Shown here one piece after another: positions 40,871 to 50,074 of a stretch of DNA of 64,000 nt (position 1 is its first letter; each line of letters opens with the position of its first letter). Below the pieces are notes generated by a model, which saw nothing but the letters and a program-made list of their open reading frames with translations, was not told the DNA's origin and made no database searches. A program made the position numbers and the translations under genes. Source of the DNA: an uncultured Chloroflexota bacterium (GTDB taxonomy: Bacteria > Chloroflexota > Anaerolineae > Caldilineales > Caldilineaceae); assembly GCA_903858085.1 (NCBI GenBank), contig CAIOHJ010000103.1, forward strand, positions 21,598 through 85,597, written 5' to 3'.

Positions 40871-42091
40871 TCAGACAGCAACCTGTTCGATGCTCTGTTC
40901 GCGTGCTGGGAAACCACAAAACTGTTCGTAGTCGATCAGCTGGGTCACGGTGGCGTGCTCCCCGCAGAGCGGGCAGTCCGGGCTGCGCTGCACCTTGAGC
41001 GTGCGGAAACTCATGTCGAGCGTGTCGACCATCAGCAGCTGGCCCACCAACGATTCACCCACACCCAGGATCAGCTTGATCGCTTCGATCGCCTGGATAG
41101 AGCCGACGATCCCGGGCAGCACGCCGAGCACTCCGGCTTCGGCGCAGCTGGGCACTTCGCCGGGCGCAGGTGGTTCCGGGTAGAGACAGCGGTAGCAGGG
41201 GCCGCCGCGGAGCCCGTGCTCCGGGGAATCAGGCAGATAGACAGTTGCCTGGCCCTCGAACATAAAGATGCTGCCGTCGACCAGCGGTTTGCCCAGCATA
41301 TGGCAGGCATCATTGACCAGGTAGCGGGTGGGGAAGTTGTCTGAGCCATTGAGCACAATGTCGTACTGGCGGAGGATCTCCAAGGCATTGTCGCTGGTCA
41401 AAGGGGCGTTGTGTGGCACGACCTTGACATCTGGGTTGATGTCACGGATGCGGTCGGCGGCCGACTCCACCTTGGGACGGCCGACATCCTTGTTGCCGTG
41501 CAGCAGTTGCCGCTGCAGATTGGAGACATCGACGACATCGAAATCGACGATGCCGAGCGTGCCGACACCGGCAGCTGCCAGGTACATGGCAGCCGGGCTG
41601 CCCAGCCCGCCCGCCCCGATCAGCAACACTTTGGCTTCCAGCAGCTTGATCTGGCCAGCCTCGCCCACCTCTTTGAGCAGGGTGTGGCGTGAATAGCGCA
41701 GCCGTTGATCGTCGCTCAGGATGCGTGGCACCGTGAAGCGAAAACCGACGTTTTTCCAGCCGTTGAAACCGCCGATCATCGAGGTCACTCGGGTGTAGCC
41801 CATCTCTTTGAGGTTGCGGGCAGCCAGCAACGAACGCACACCGCCCGCGCAGTAGACCACGACGGGCGCATTCCGGTCGGGCTGGTGCTGTTCGATCTGC
41901 AACTCCAGGTAACCGCGTGGGATGAAGATCGCATCGGGCAGGTGTCCCTGCACAAACTCGTCGCGCTCGCGAATGTCGACGATCGTCACCGGCTGGCGGG
42001 CATCGATCTGTTGTTTGACCTGGTGTACGGTGAGCTCGGGCACCTCACGGCGGGCCCGGTCGAGCAGCTGGTCTCGGTTGAGCGCTGTCAT
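40871..42091 (-). CDS. moeB: MoeB/MoeZ-like adenylyltransferase with N-terminal rhodanese domain
   Basis: Rhodanese loop CAGGVRS; RYSRH, GAGGLG, SNLQRQ, SDNFPTRY, CYRC, SCAEAG, CPLC. Confidence 0.92.
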   Translation of the reverse strand: MTALNRDQLLDRARREVPELTVHQVKQQIDARQPVTIVDIRERDEFVQGHLPDAIFIPRGYLELQIEQHQPDRNAPVVVYCAGGVRSLLAARNLKEMGYTRVTSMIGGFNGWKNVGFRFTVPRILSDDQRLRYSRHTLLKEVGEAGQIKLLEAKVLLIGAGGLGSPAAMYLAAAGVGTLGIVDFDVVDVSNLQRQLLHGNKDVGRPKVESAADRIRDINPDVKVVPHNAPLTSDNALEILRQYDIVLNGSDNFPTRYLVNDACHMLGKPLVDGSIFMFEGQATVYLPDSPEHGLRGGPCYRCLYPEPPAPGEVPSCAEAGVLGVLPGIVGSIQAIEAIKLILGVGESLVGQLLMVDTLDMSFRTLKVQRSPDCPLCGEHATVTQLIDYEQFCGFPAREQSIEQVAV

Positions 42092-42094
42092 CGG

Positions 42095-42373
42095 TCACCC
42101 CTCTCCGCCAGCCATTGCCGGCACAATCGAGACCTTGTCCCCTTCGCGCACGGGTGTATGCAGCCCCTGCAACCCCCGAATTTCATCGTCGTTGACAAAG
42201 ACATTGATGAATCGTTTGACGTTGCCGTCGTCGTCGAGCAGCCGGTCGGCTACGCCCGGGTACTGGGCATCGACCGCCTGGATCAGCGTGCCGATGTCGG
42301 TGCCGGTCGCCTCCACCTTGGCCAGACCGCCGGTCAGCCGGCGCAGGGGGGTAGGTACATAGACTGTCGCCAT
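42095..42373 (-). CDS. ThiS/MoaD-family sulfur carrier (CysO-like), C-terminus GG-EG
   Basis: VPTPLR, INVFVNDDEIR, GDKVSIVPAMAGG-EG; GAAAGAGGA SD. Confidence 0.92.
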   Translation of the reverse strand: MATVYVPTPLRRLTGGLAKVEATGTDIGTLIQAVDAQYPGVADRLLDDDGNVKRFINVFVNDDEIRGLQGLHTPVREGDKVSIVPAMAGGEG

Positions 42374-42397
42374 AAATTGAGTCCTCTTTCTTTGCTC

Positions 42398-42429
42398 AAA
42401 AAAAAACGAGCCATCCGGGGATGTGCTCG
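42398..42429 (-). terminator. Intrinsic terminator in the leader of the sulfur-carrier operon
   Basis: Minus strand CGAGCACATC-CCCG-GATGGCTCG (9 bp, one bulge) followed by T9, just upstream of the SD. Confidence 0.82.
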
Positions 42430-42576
42430 GCAAAATTTGTTTTTGGGTGATGAACAGCGTGCAGAAACGTGTCTAGCAGAAAACTGTCACAATCGATTCT
42501 ATTCAGATTTGCCTGGGCACATCTTCTCCTGTTGGCGGTCAGCGGGAAACGGCCAGCGCCTTGCTGGCTGTCCCCG

Positions 42577-42630
42577 CTATCGACACAAGCACGTCAGTTG
42601 TGATGCCTTCTGGCAAAGCTGTTTCTGCAT
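42577..42630 (-). CDS. Putative Cys-containing leader peptide MQKQLCQKASQLTCLCR
   Basis: 17 codons with 3 Cys, between the promoter and the leader terminator; no strong SD. Confidence 0.4.
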   Translation of the reverse strand: MQKQLCQKASQLTCLCR

Positions 42631-42685
42631 TTTCAGTCAATTTCTGAACTTCAGCGATTTGAAAATAATTCAAATGGCAGCTTCC

Positions 42686-42713
42686 AGTATAGCCAGAGCG
42701 CTGCTGCTGTCAA
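42686..42713 (-). promoter_or_regulatory. Sigma70-type promoter of the sulfur-carrier operon
   Basis: TTGACA-N16-TATACT on the minus strand. Confidence 0.75.
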
Positions 42714-42854
42714 GCTGAAGGATTGGCTGTACGGTATAATTCCTTCCACTTGACGGCAGCTTCCCCCCCCGACAATTGGCCAGGTTTCCCCAGATGGCGT
42801 ACAATCGATCGCAGATTGTTTGTATCCGCTCTTCACCTGGCCAGGAAATGCTCC

Positions 42855-44762
42855 ATGACACCTGCCTATTCGATTCAATCGTTGTTGGCCGCCCGCCAGT
42901 TTGTTGCACCGCAGCGGGTAGGAGATCGTCTTTATTTTATCAGCGACCTCTCTGGCCGCCTGAGCCTGTACACCATGCGGGTCGGCGGCAGCGTCCCCGA
43001 GCCCTTGGTCCCGCCCGATCGGGCGCTGCCCAACCCCCATCTGCTGGAGGGGGGAGTGGTTTTTTGTGTGCTGCCTGCGCTCGGCCAGATCTTGTTGATG
43101 CTCGACTGCGACGGCGACGAGAACTACCAGCCCGTCTTTGTCCCGATCGACGGGGGTCTGCCCGTGCCGATCTTTGGGGATCGCTTCAGCGGCCAGCAAG
43201 TTCTTTGTTCGGCCTGCGACCCCCAGCGGGGGCTGGCCTTGTTCAATGTAGACCCACGGCGCTCCCCGTGGTTGGAGTCCTTTCGTGCCGATCTGGCGAC
43301 ACGGGAGTTGACCAGCCTGGGAAGCAGCCTCTATGGCAACTTTCCTGTGGGCCACGACGCCCCAATGAACATGGTCCTGTTGGCGGACCAGTACACAGCC
43401 GGCGATGTCGTCTGGTACCTCTGGCGCAAGGGAGGGGACGAACGCCAGCTGCTGTATGGGACGCCGCTGGAAAAGCGGGTACCTGGAGAGCCGACCGTGC
43501 CCAACGGGCTCGGCAATGCCCAGGTTGTCGACGACAGAGGGGTACTGTTGATCTCGGCACTTTTTTCTGACACCTATGGGCTGGGCTACTTGTCTCTGCA
43601 AGACCCCACAGAGCTGCTGCCGGTCAGAGTCCAGGGCACACGCCACAGTGGAACAGGCGAACTGGTGGGCCTGCACGCAGCGCTTGACCAGCGCTACCGG
43701 CTGGTCTACAACATCGACGGCGCCTCCTGGGTTTACATTGGCCACTTTGACCGCGACCGTCTGCATTTCGAGGTCGACCAGCTGCTGGTCGGCGAAGAGG
43801 AGTTCAGCGACGGGGTCCTCGAATCGTTCAGCACAGACCCTCTCTCCCGTTCCCATGTGCTCTCTTTTTCGACGGCGACCTCGCCTTCGCAGCTTTACGT
43901 GGTGGAGCCCGCTGGCAGCGTGCAGCGTCAGACCCACGAACGGTTGTTGGGGATTCCCCGTCGGCTGTTGGCGGCGGGAGAAGAGGCCCCCTACCTTTCG
44001 CACGACGGGCTGCGCGTCTCCGCCCGCCTCTATCTGCCGTCGGCTGAGCTGGGCTTTGTGGGGCCGCGCCCGGTGATCTTTTACATCCACGGTGGCCCAC
44101 AGAGCCAGGAACGCCCCGATTTCACCTGGTTTTCGATGCCGCTCATCCAATTTTTCACGCTCAACGGCTTTGCCGTGTGGGTGCCGAATGTGCGGGGCAG
44201 CGCCGGCTATGGGCTGGACTACATGAAGCGGGTGGACCGGGACTGGGGAGGGCAGGATCGGCTCGACCATGTCGCTGCCTTCGAGCGGCTGCGCCAGGAC
44301 AGCCGGCTGGACATGGCGCGCGCCGGCGTGATGGGGCGCTCCTACGGGGGGTACATGACCCTGATGCTGGCTGGGCGTCACCCCGAGCTCTGGAAGGCGG
44401 CCTGCGACATGTTTGGGCCTTCCAACCTCCTGACCTTTCTGGAGCGCATCCCAGAAGCCTGGAAGACCTACTTTACCCTGGCGATCGGCCACCCGCACCA
44501 CGACCACGGCCTGTTGGTCGAGCGATCCCCCAGCACCTATCTGCACCAGATCGCCTGTCCGCTGCTCGTTCTGCAGGGGGCCAACGACCCACGGGTGGTC
44601 GAACAGGAGTCGAACGACGTCGTTGAGCGGCTGCGCAGCCAGGGCAAACGGGTCGACTACGTGGTCTACCCCGACGAAGGGCACGATGTCCTCAAATATC
44701 CCAACAAAGTGGACTGCTACAGCCGGATCACCGAATTTTTCCGGCTGCATCTGCAGCCCTGA
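42855..44762 (+). CDS. S9-family (prolyl oligopeptidase/acylaminoacyl) peptidase
   Basis: IHGGPQ, PNVRGSAGYG, GRSYGG, QGANDPRV, DEGH. Confidence 0.92.
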   Translation: MTPAYSIQSLLAARQFVAPQRVGDRLYFISDLSGRLSLYTMRVGGSVPEPLVPPDRALPNPHLLEGGVVFCVLPALGQILLMLDCDGDENYQPVFVPIDGGLPVPIFGDRFSGQQVLCSACDPQRGLALFNVDPRRSPWLESFRADLATRELTSLGSSLYGNFPVGHDAPMNMVLLADQYTAGDVVWYLWRKGGDERQLLYGTPLEKRVPGEPTVPNGLGNAQVVDDRGVLLISALFSDTYGLGYLSLQDPTELLPVRVQGTRHSGTGELVGLHAALDQRYRLVYNIDGASWVYIGHFDRDRLHFEVDQLLVGEEEFSDGVLESFSTDPLSRSHVLSFSTATSPSQLYVVEPAGSVQRQTHERLLGIPRRLLAAGEEAPYLSHDGLRVSARLYLPSAELGFVGPRPVIFYIHGGPQSQERPDFTWFSMPLIQFFTLNGFAVWVPNVRGSAGYGLDYMKRVDRDWGGQDRLDHVAAFERLRQDSRLDMARAGVMGRSYGGYMTLMLAGRHPELWKAACDMFGPSNLLTFLERIPEAWKTYFTLAIGHPHHDHGLLVERSPSTYLHQIACPLLVLQGANDPRVVEQESNDVVERLRSQGKRVDYVVYPDEGHDVLKYPNKVDCYSRITEFFRLHLQP

Positions 44763-44930
44763 GCCTGCTGGCTGTCCGCAGAGGGCTTCCGCAGGCGCCA
44801 AGAGGATCGCCTGAGGCCTCCAGGCGAACAGCCAGTTTGGGCAAGGTCGCCGAACGCGACGGCTGCCGAGCAATGGTGCTCGGCAGCCTGTTTCCCCTGA
44901 CTGTGCACGATTGTGCACGGTTCCCCTACA

Positions 44931-46754
44931 CTACTGATTGGCGTCGGCCCATGTCTGGATCAACGTGTCGTAGGAGATGGTCTCCGGCGCGCCCTTTTCG
45001 TCTTCCAGTTTCGGATAGGGAGCACCGGGCTGGTCAAACCAGTACTGGGCATCCTGTTCCGGGTTCAATTTGGGCGAGCATTCCTTCAGGCCGGCGCGTT
45101 CGAGGCGGGCCAGCACGTCATCTTGCGCGGCGGCCAGGCTGTCCATGGCTTCCTGGGCTGTCTTCTCGCCGGTGATGGCCGGGGCGATGTTCTGCCACCA
45201 GAGCTGCGCCAGCTTGGGATAGTCAGGAACGTTGGTGCCGGTCGGCGTCCACTGCACGCGGGCTGGCGAGCGATAGAATTCGATCAGACCACCGTACTTG
45301 GCAGCGTTTTCGGTGAAGTAGTCGCTGCGGATGTCGCTGTCGCGGATGAAGGTCAAGCCGACGATGCTCTTCTTGAGCGACGTGGTCTTGGCAGTCACAA
45401 ACTGGGCATAGAGCCAGGCGGCGGCCCGGCGGTCAGCCGGCGTGCTGTTGAGCAGCGTCCACGAACCGGCGTCCTGGTAGCCCAGTTTCATCCCTTCCTG
45501 CCAGTAGGCGCCGTGCGGGCTGGGGGCCATGCGCCACTTGGGGGTGCCATCCTCGTTCATGACGGCCAGCCCAGGCTGGGTCATGTCGGCAGTGAAGGCC
45601 GTATACCAGAAAATCTGCTGAGCGACATTGCCCTGGGCAGGCACCGGGCCTGCTTCCGAGAAGGTCATCCCAGCTGCTTCCGGGGGGGCGTAGGCCTTGA
45701 GCCAGTCGATGTATTTCTGCAGAGAATAGACCGCAGCCGGGCCGTTGACATCGCCGCCGCGTGTGACGGACGAGCCAGCCGGGGAGCAGCCTTCGACGCG
45801 GATCCCCCACTCGTCGACGGGGTTGCCGTTCGGGATGCCAGGGTCGCCGTTGCCGGCCATGGAGAGCCAGGCATCGGTGAAGCGCCAGCCCAGCGACGGG
45901 TCTTTCTTGCCGTAGTCCATGTGCCCATAGACCTTCTGCCCGTCGATCGTGCCATCGCCGTTCACCTTGTTGGTGAAAAAGTCAGCGATATCTTCGTAGG
46001 CACTCCAGTTGACCGGCACCCCCAGCTCATAGCCGTAGGCATCCCGGAACTGCTGTTGGATGTCTGGGTCGGTGAACCAGTCGTAGCGGAACCAGTAGAG
46101 GTTGGCGAACTGCTGGTCGGGCAGCTGGTACATCTTGCCATCGGGCGCCGTGGTGAAGCTCTTGCCGATGAAGTCGTCGACATCCAGCGTGGGCAGGGTG
46201 ACATCCTTGCCTTCACCGGCCATGTAGTCGGAGAGCGGCACGACAAACCCATAGCGGAAGTGGGTGCCGATCAGGTCAGAGTCGTTGACATAGGCGTCGT
46301 AGATATTCTGGCCGGACTGGAACTGCGTCTGCAACTTCTCGATGACATCGCCTTCTTGGATCAGGTCGTGGGTGAGGTTGATCCCGGTGATCTCCGAGAA
46401 GGCCTTGGCCAGGACATTCGCCTCGTACTCGTGGGTTGCGATGGTTTCGGAGACGACGTTGATGCTCATCCCGCGATAAGGAGCCGACGCCTGGATGAAC
46501 CATTTCATCTCTTCCATCTGCTCTTCTTGGCTGAGTGTGCTGGGCTGGAACTCTTCGCTCACCCATTTCTCAGCGGCAGCCAGCAGCGCTGCATCGTCGC
46601 TGGCTGGGGCAGCAGCGTCTCCCCCCTCGGCGGCGGGTGCAGCCGGCGCCGCCGCCGGGGCAGCTGCGCCGCCGCAGGCAGCCAGCACCAGGCTGACGAG
46701 CATCAGCAGACTGATCCACGTCAGCCTGGTGCTTCTTTGTCTTGGTTTTGTCAT
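44931..46754 (-). CDS. ABC transporter substrate-binding lipoprotein, glycerol type (GlpV-like)
   Basis: LAAC lipobox; KWVSEEFQPSTLS, YQLPDQQFANLYWFRYDW, LGYQDAGSWT. Confidence 0.88.
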   Translation of the reverse strand: MTKPRQRSTRLTWISLLMLVSLVLAACGGAAAPAAAPAAPAAEGGDAAAPASDDAALLAAAEKWVSEEFQPSTLSQEEQMEEMKWFIQASAPYRGMSINVVSETIATHEYEANVLAKAFSEITGINLTHDLIQEGDVIEKLQTQFQSGQNIYDAYVNDSDLIGTHFRYGFVVPLSDYMAGEGKDVTLPTLDVDDFIGKSFTTAPDGKMYQLPDQQFANLYWFRYDWFTDPDIQQQFRDAYGYELGVPVNWSAYEDIADFFTNKVNGDGTIDGQKVYGHMDYGKKDPSLGWRFTDAWLSMAGNGDPGIPNGNPVDEWGIRVEGCSPAGSSVTRGGDVNGPAAVYSLQKYIDWLKAYAPPEAAGMTFSEAGPVPAQGNVAQQIFWYTAFTADMTQPGLAVMNEDGTPKWRMAPSPHGAYWQEGMKLGYQDAGSWTLLNSTPADRRAAAWLYAQFVTAKTTSLKKSIVGLTFIRDSDIRSDYFTENAAKYGGLIEFYRSPARVQWTPTGTNVPDYPKLAQLWWQNIAPAITGEKTAQEAMDSLAAAQDDVLARLERAGLKECSPKLNPEQDAQYWFDQPGAPYPKLEDEKGAPETISYDTLIQTWADANQ

Positions 46755-46868
46755 GTTGTTCTCCTTCGAACCGATGTGATGAAAAATAGACTTCCGTACA
46801 GCTTACCGCTGCCCGCCGGGAAGGTGTCGACGGGCAGGCGGATTCGTCAACGGGGAGTGGCAGCGTTG

Positions 46869-47153
46869 CTACCCCCAGCGTAGAACCAAAACCATCCACA
46901 AGGCGCAGAGCGCGACGGCCCCAAGCTGCGTCGCGTCGGTGGCCAGCAGCCAGGCCAGGTTGATGAGCGCGCAGACGATCAGCCCAATATAGAGTCGATC
47001 CCCGCGCGTCGTCTCGATCGGCAGGAACCCCTTGCGGGCATAGGAGGGGTTGCGTGCGCCGAGCAGCGCCATCGAGGCCACCATCAAAAATACCGCTCCA
47101 AAAAACAACGCTGTCGGCGTTGTCCACGCCATCCATTCCAGTGGGCCACCCAT
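46869..47153 (-). CDS. Small membrane protein DUF2160 (GlpU-like)
   Basis: WMAWT.PTALFF and RKGFLPIETTRGDRLYIGL. Confidence 0.85.
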   Translation of the reverse strand: MGGPLEWMAWTTPTALFFGAVFLMVASMALLGARNPSYARKGFLPIETTRGDRLYIGLIVCALINLAWLLATDATQLGAVALCALWMVLVLRWG

Positions 47154-47184
47154 CTGAGACTCCTCCGGGTCAGCGGTCTCTGGG

Positions 47185-48006
47185 CTACACGCGCCCCAGA
47201 GCAAACCCTTTTGCAATATAGTTGCGGACAAAATAGATCACCAGCGCCCCCGGGAGAATGGTGAGCACCCCAGCAGCAGCCAACAGCCCCCAGTCGATCC
47301 CGCTGGCACTGACCGTGCGCGTCATCGTCGCTGCGATCGGTTTGGCGTTGACCGTGGTCAAGGTGCGGGCCAGCAGCAATTCCACCCAGCTGAACATGAA
47401 GGTAAAAAAGGCCGTCACGCCGATCCCACTCCGGATCAAGGGCAGAAACAGTCGAAAAAAGAAGCGGGGGAAGCTGTAGCCGTCGATCGCGGCGGTCTCG
47501 TCGATCTCTTTGGGCACCCCAGACATGAACCCTTCCAGGATCCAGACCGCCAGCGGCACATTGAACAGCATATGGGCCAGCGCAACGCCCAGGTGTGTGT
47601 CAAAGAGCCCGATGTTCTGATAGAGCTGAAAAAAGGGCAACAAAAACACTGCAGCTGGCGCCATGCGGTTGGTCAGCAGCCAAAAAAACAGATGGTTGTC
47701 GCCGAGAAAATTGTAGCGAGAAAAGGCATAGGCAGCCGGCAGCGCCACGGCCACCGACATCACCGTGTTCAACACGGTGTAGGCAATCGAGTTCAGATAC
47801 CCCGAATACCAGGCCGGGTCAGTAAAAATCTGGAGATAATTGTCAAAGGTCGGGGCGTTCGGCAGCAGCGTCAAGCCTCCCAAGATCTCGTTATTGGTCT
47901 TGAGCGACATGTTGATCAGCCAGTAGATCGGCAGCATCAACAGCACAAAATAGACCAAAACAGCCGTCCCCCGCCATGAAATCTGAACCTTGCTCTTCAC
48001 AGACAC
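47185..48006 (-). CDS. Carbohydrate ABC transporter permease (second subunit)
   Basis: EIDETAAIDG (EAA loop), FSWVELLLARTLT. Confidence 0.92.
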   Translation of the reverse strand: MSVKSKVQISWRGTAVLVYFVLLMLPIYWLINMSLKTNNEILGGLTLLPNAPTFDNYLQIFTDPAWYSGYLNSIAYTVLNTVMSVAVALPAAYAFSRYNFLGDNHLFFWLLTNRMAPAAVFLLPFFQLYQNIGLFDTHLGVALAHMLFNVPLAVWILEGFMSGVPKEIDETAAIDGYSFPRFFFRLFLPLIRSGIGVTAFFTFMFSWVELLLARTLTTVNAKPIAATMTRTVSASGIDWGLLAAAGVLTILPGALVIYFVRNYIAKGFALGRV

Positions 48007-48068
48007 ACGCTCCCTTCACCATGCGCCCCTCATCGTGCTGCCGCCAGCTGCGGCCCCCTTGGCTGCCG

Positions 48069-48935
48069 CTATTTGCGCCCGACACGCAGAATCGTCGTGT
48101 AAAAAACAAAACACAAGATCTGGATCAACAAGAAATAGATCAACGAAAAGGCCGAACCGTTCCCCAGATCGAACTGACCGATCGCGATATTGGAGAGATA
48201 GATGCTCAAAAAAGTGGTCGCCGTGCCAGGGCCACCGCCGGTCACCACGAACGGTTCCGTGTAGATCATAAAGCTGTCCATAAAACGAAGCAACACGGCG
48301 ATCAGCAGCACCCCCCGCAGCTTGGGCAGCTGAATGTACCAGAAGATCGACCACAGCTTGGCGCCGTCGATGCGCGCCGCCTGGTAGAAGGGGTCGGGGA
48401 TGGCACGCAGCCCTGCATAGCAGAGCAGGGCGACCAATGGCGTCCAATGCCAGACATCCATCACCAGCACTGTGATCCAGGCGTCGCGCGGCTCCAGCGT
48501 GTAGTTGTAAGAGATGCCCAGGATGTTGTTGACGAAATAGCCGCCCAGGCCGATGTCCGCTCGGCCAAAAATCTGCCAGATGGTGCCGACCACATTCCAC
48601 GGAATCAACAGGGGCAGCGCAATCAGGACCAGACTCAGCGAAGCCTGCCAGCCTTTGGCTGGCAGAGCCAGCGCCACCGCAATCCCCAGCGGGATCTGAA
48701 TGAGCAGCACTTGAAACGAAAAGAGCAGATTGCGCCAGAACGCAGCGTGCAGATCCGGGTTGCGCACGGTGTCGATAAACCACTCATTCCCCACCCAGAC
48801 ACGCTGTCCGGGCCCCAGAATGTCTTGCACGGAGTAGTTCACCACGGTCATCAAGGGCAGGATGGCACTGAACGCCACCGAGAGGACGACCGGCAACACA
48901 AGCAGCCAGGCACGATGGTTCACGGTCTTCTGCAC
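48069..48935 (-). CDS. Carbohydrate ABC transporter permease (first subunit)
   Basis: MDVWHWTP, YQAARIDGA, RFMDSFMIYTEP. Confidence 0.92.
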   Translation of the reverse strand: MQKTVNHRAWLLVLPVVLSVAFSAILPLMTVVNYSVQDILGPGQRVWVGNEWFIDTVRNPDLHAAFWRNLLFSFQVLLIQIPLGIAVALALPAKGWQASLSLVLIALPLLIPWNVVGTIWQIFGRADIGLGGYFVNNILGISYNYTLEPRDAWITVLVMDVWHWTPLVALLCYAGLRAIPDPFYQAARIDGAKLWSIFWYIQLPKLRGVLLIAVLLRFMDSFMIYTEPFVVTGGGPGTATTFLSIYLSNIAIGQFDLGNGSAFSLIYFLLIQILCFVFYTTILRVGRK

Positions 48936-48991
48936 GGCTTCTCCCCCCCTGCGTGGTTGTGACGACAGTCAAGATACACGGCGTTTGCCCC

Positions 48992-50074
48992 TTATACAGC
49001 CATCCCGTTGCGATAGATCCGCAGCCGTTCTGCGGGAAACTGCAGCCAGCCAGGCCCCAGGCTGGCTGCGGCCTCTTCAGCAAGTTTGGCTTTGACCCTC
49101 TGGGCTGTCCCCACAAGTTCGGCGGTGACAATCTGATAGTTGCCCAGATCTTCGACCCGTGTGACGTGCACAGGAAGGGCATCTGGGGCTGCGGCGGTGC
49201 TGTACCGCACGAACTCAGGCCGGATCCCGATCGACAGCTCATCCCCTGCTGCCAGGCGCAGCGCGCCGGCGTTGACCGGCAGCGGCTGGTCGCCGACACA
49301 GACGCGACCGTCGACCAGCCGGGCTGGCAACAGGTTCATGCCGGGCGATCCGATGAAATAGCCGACAAATGTGTGGGCAGGGCGCTCGAAGAGCTCCTGG
49401 GGTGTGCCTACTTGCACGACGCTGCCTTCATACATGACGACGACCTGGTCGGCAAAGGTCAACGCCTCGGTCTGGTCGTGGGTGACATAGATCAGCGTCA
49501 ACTTGAACTGGCGGTGAATCTGCTTGAGTTTGCTGCGCAGCACCAGCTTGAGCTGCGGGTCAATGACCGTCAGCGGTTCGTCAAACAAGATGGCCGCCAC
49601 ATCGCTGCGCACCAACCCACGCCCCAGCGAGATCTTCTGTTTGATGTCAGCGCTCAGACCGCTGGCGCGACGTCTGAGATCCTCGGTGAGGTCGAGTTGT
49701 TCGGCAATTTCTTGAACTCGACGGGTGACTTCGGACGGCCGCACGCCGCGGTTGCGCAGCGGAAACGCCAGGTTGTCGAAGACGGTCATGGTGTCGTAGA
49801 TCACAGGGAATTGAAAGACCTGCGCAATGTTGCGCCGCTCCGTCGGCAACTCGGTCACATCCTTGCCGTCGAAGAGCACCTGACCCTGGGTCGGTTGGAT
49901 CAGGCCAGAGATGATGTTGAGCAGGGTGGTCTTTCCACAACCGGAAGGGCCCAGCAAGGCATAGGCACCGCCATCTTCCCAGGTCATCTCCAGCGGACGG
50001 ACCGCATAGTCTTCAGGTTTGCCCGGTTGGGGATGGTAGCTGTGTGCCAGGCCACGCAATTTTACTTCTGCCAT
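48992..50074 (-). CDS. Carbohydrate ABC transporter ATPase
   Basis: GPSGCGKT, LFDEPLT, YVTHDQ; degenerate signature LSAD. Confidence 0.93.
   Translation of the reverse strand: MAEVKLRGLAHSYHPQPGKPEDYAVRPLEMTWEDGGAYALLGPSGCGKTTLLNIISGLIQPTQGQVLFDGKDVTELPTERRNIAQVFQFPVIYDTMTVFDNLAFPLRNRGVRPSEVTRRVQEIAEQLDLTEDLRRRASGLSADIKQKISLGRGLVRSDVAAILFDEPLTVIDPQLKLVLRSKLKQIHRQFKLTLIYVTHDQTEALTFADQVVVMYEGSVVQVGTPQELFERPAHTFVGYFIGSPGMNLLPARLVDGRVCVGDQPLPVNAGALRLAAGDELSIGIRPEFVRYSTAAAPDALPVHVTRVEDLGNYQIVTAELVGTAQRVKAKLAEEAAASLGPGWLQFPAERLRIYRNGMAV

Noticed and set aside
42375-42680. T-box or c-di-AMP riboswitch in the sulfur-operon leader (AAUCGCUGAA and AGCGGGGAC are present)
   Set aside because: No UGGNACC bulge, and the c-di-AMP GGGGUGAAU and CCCGAA..GUCAGCUAAC elements are missing.
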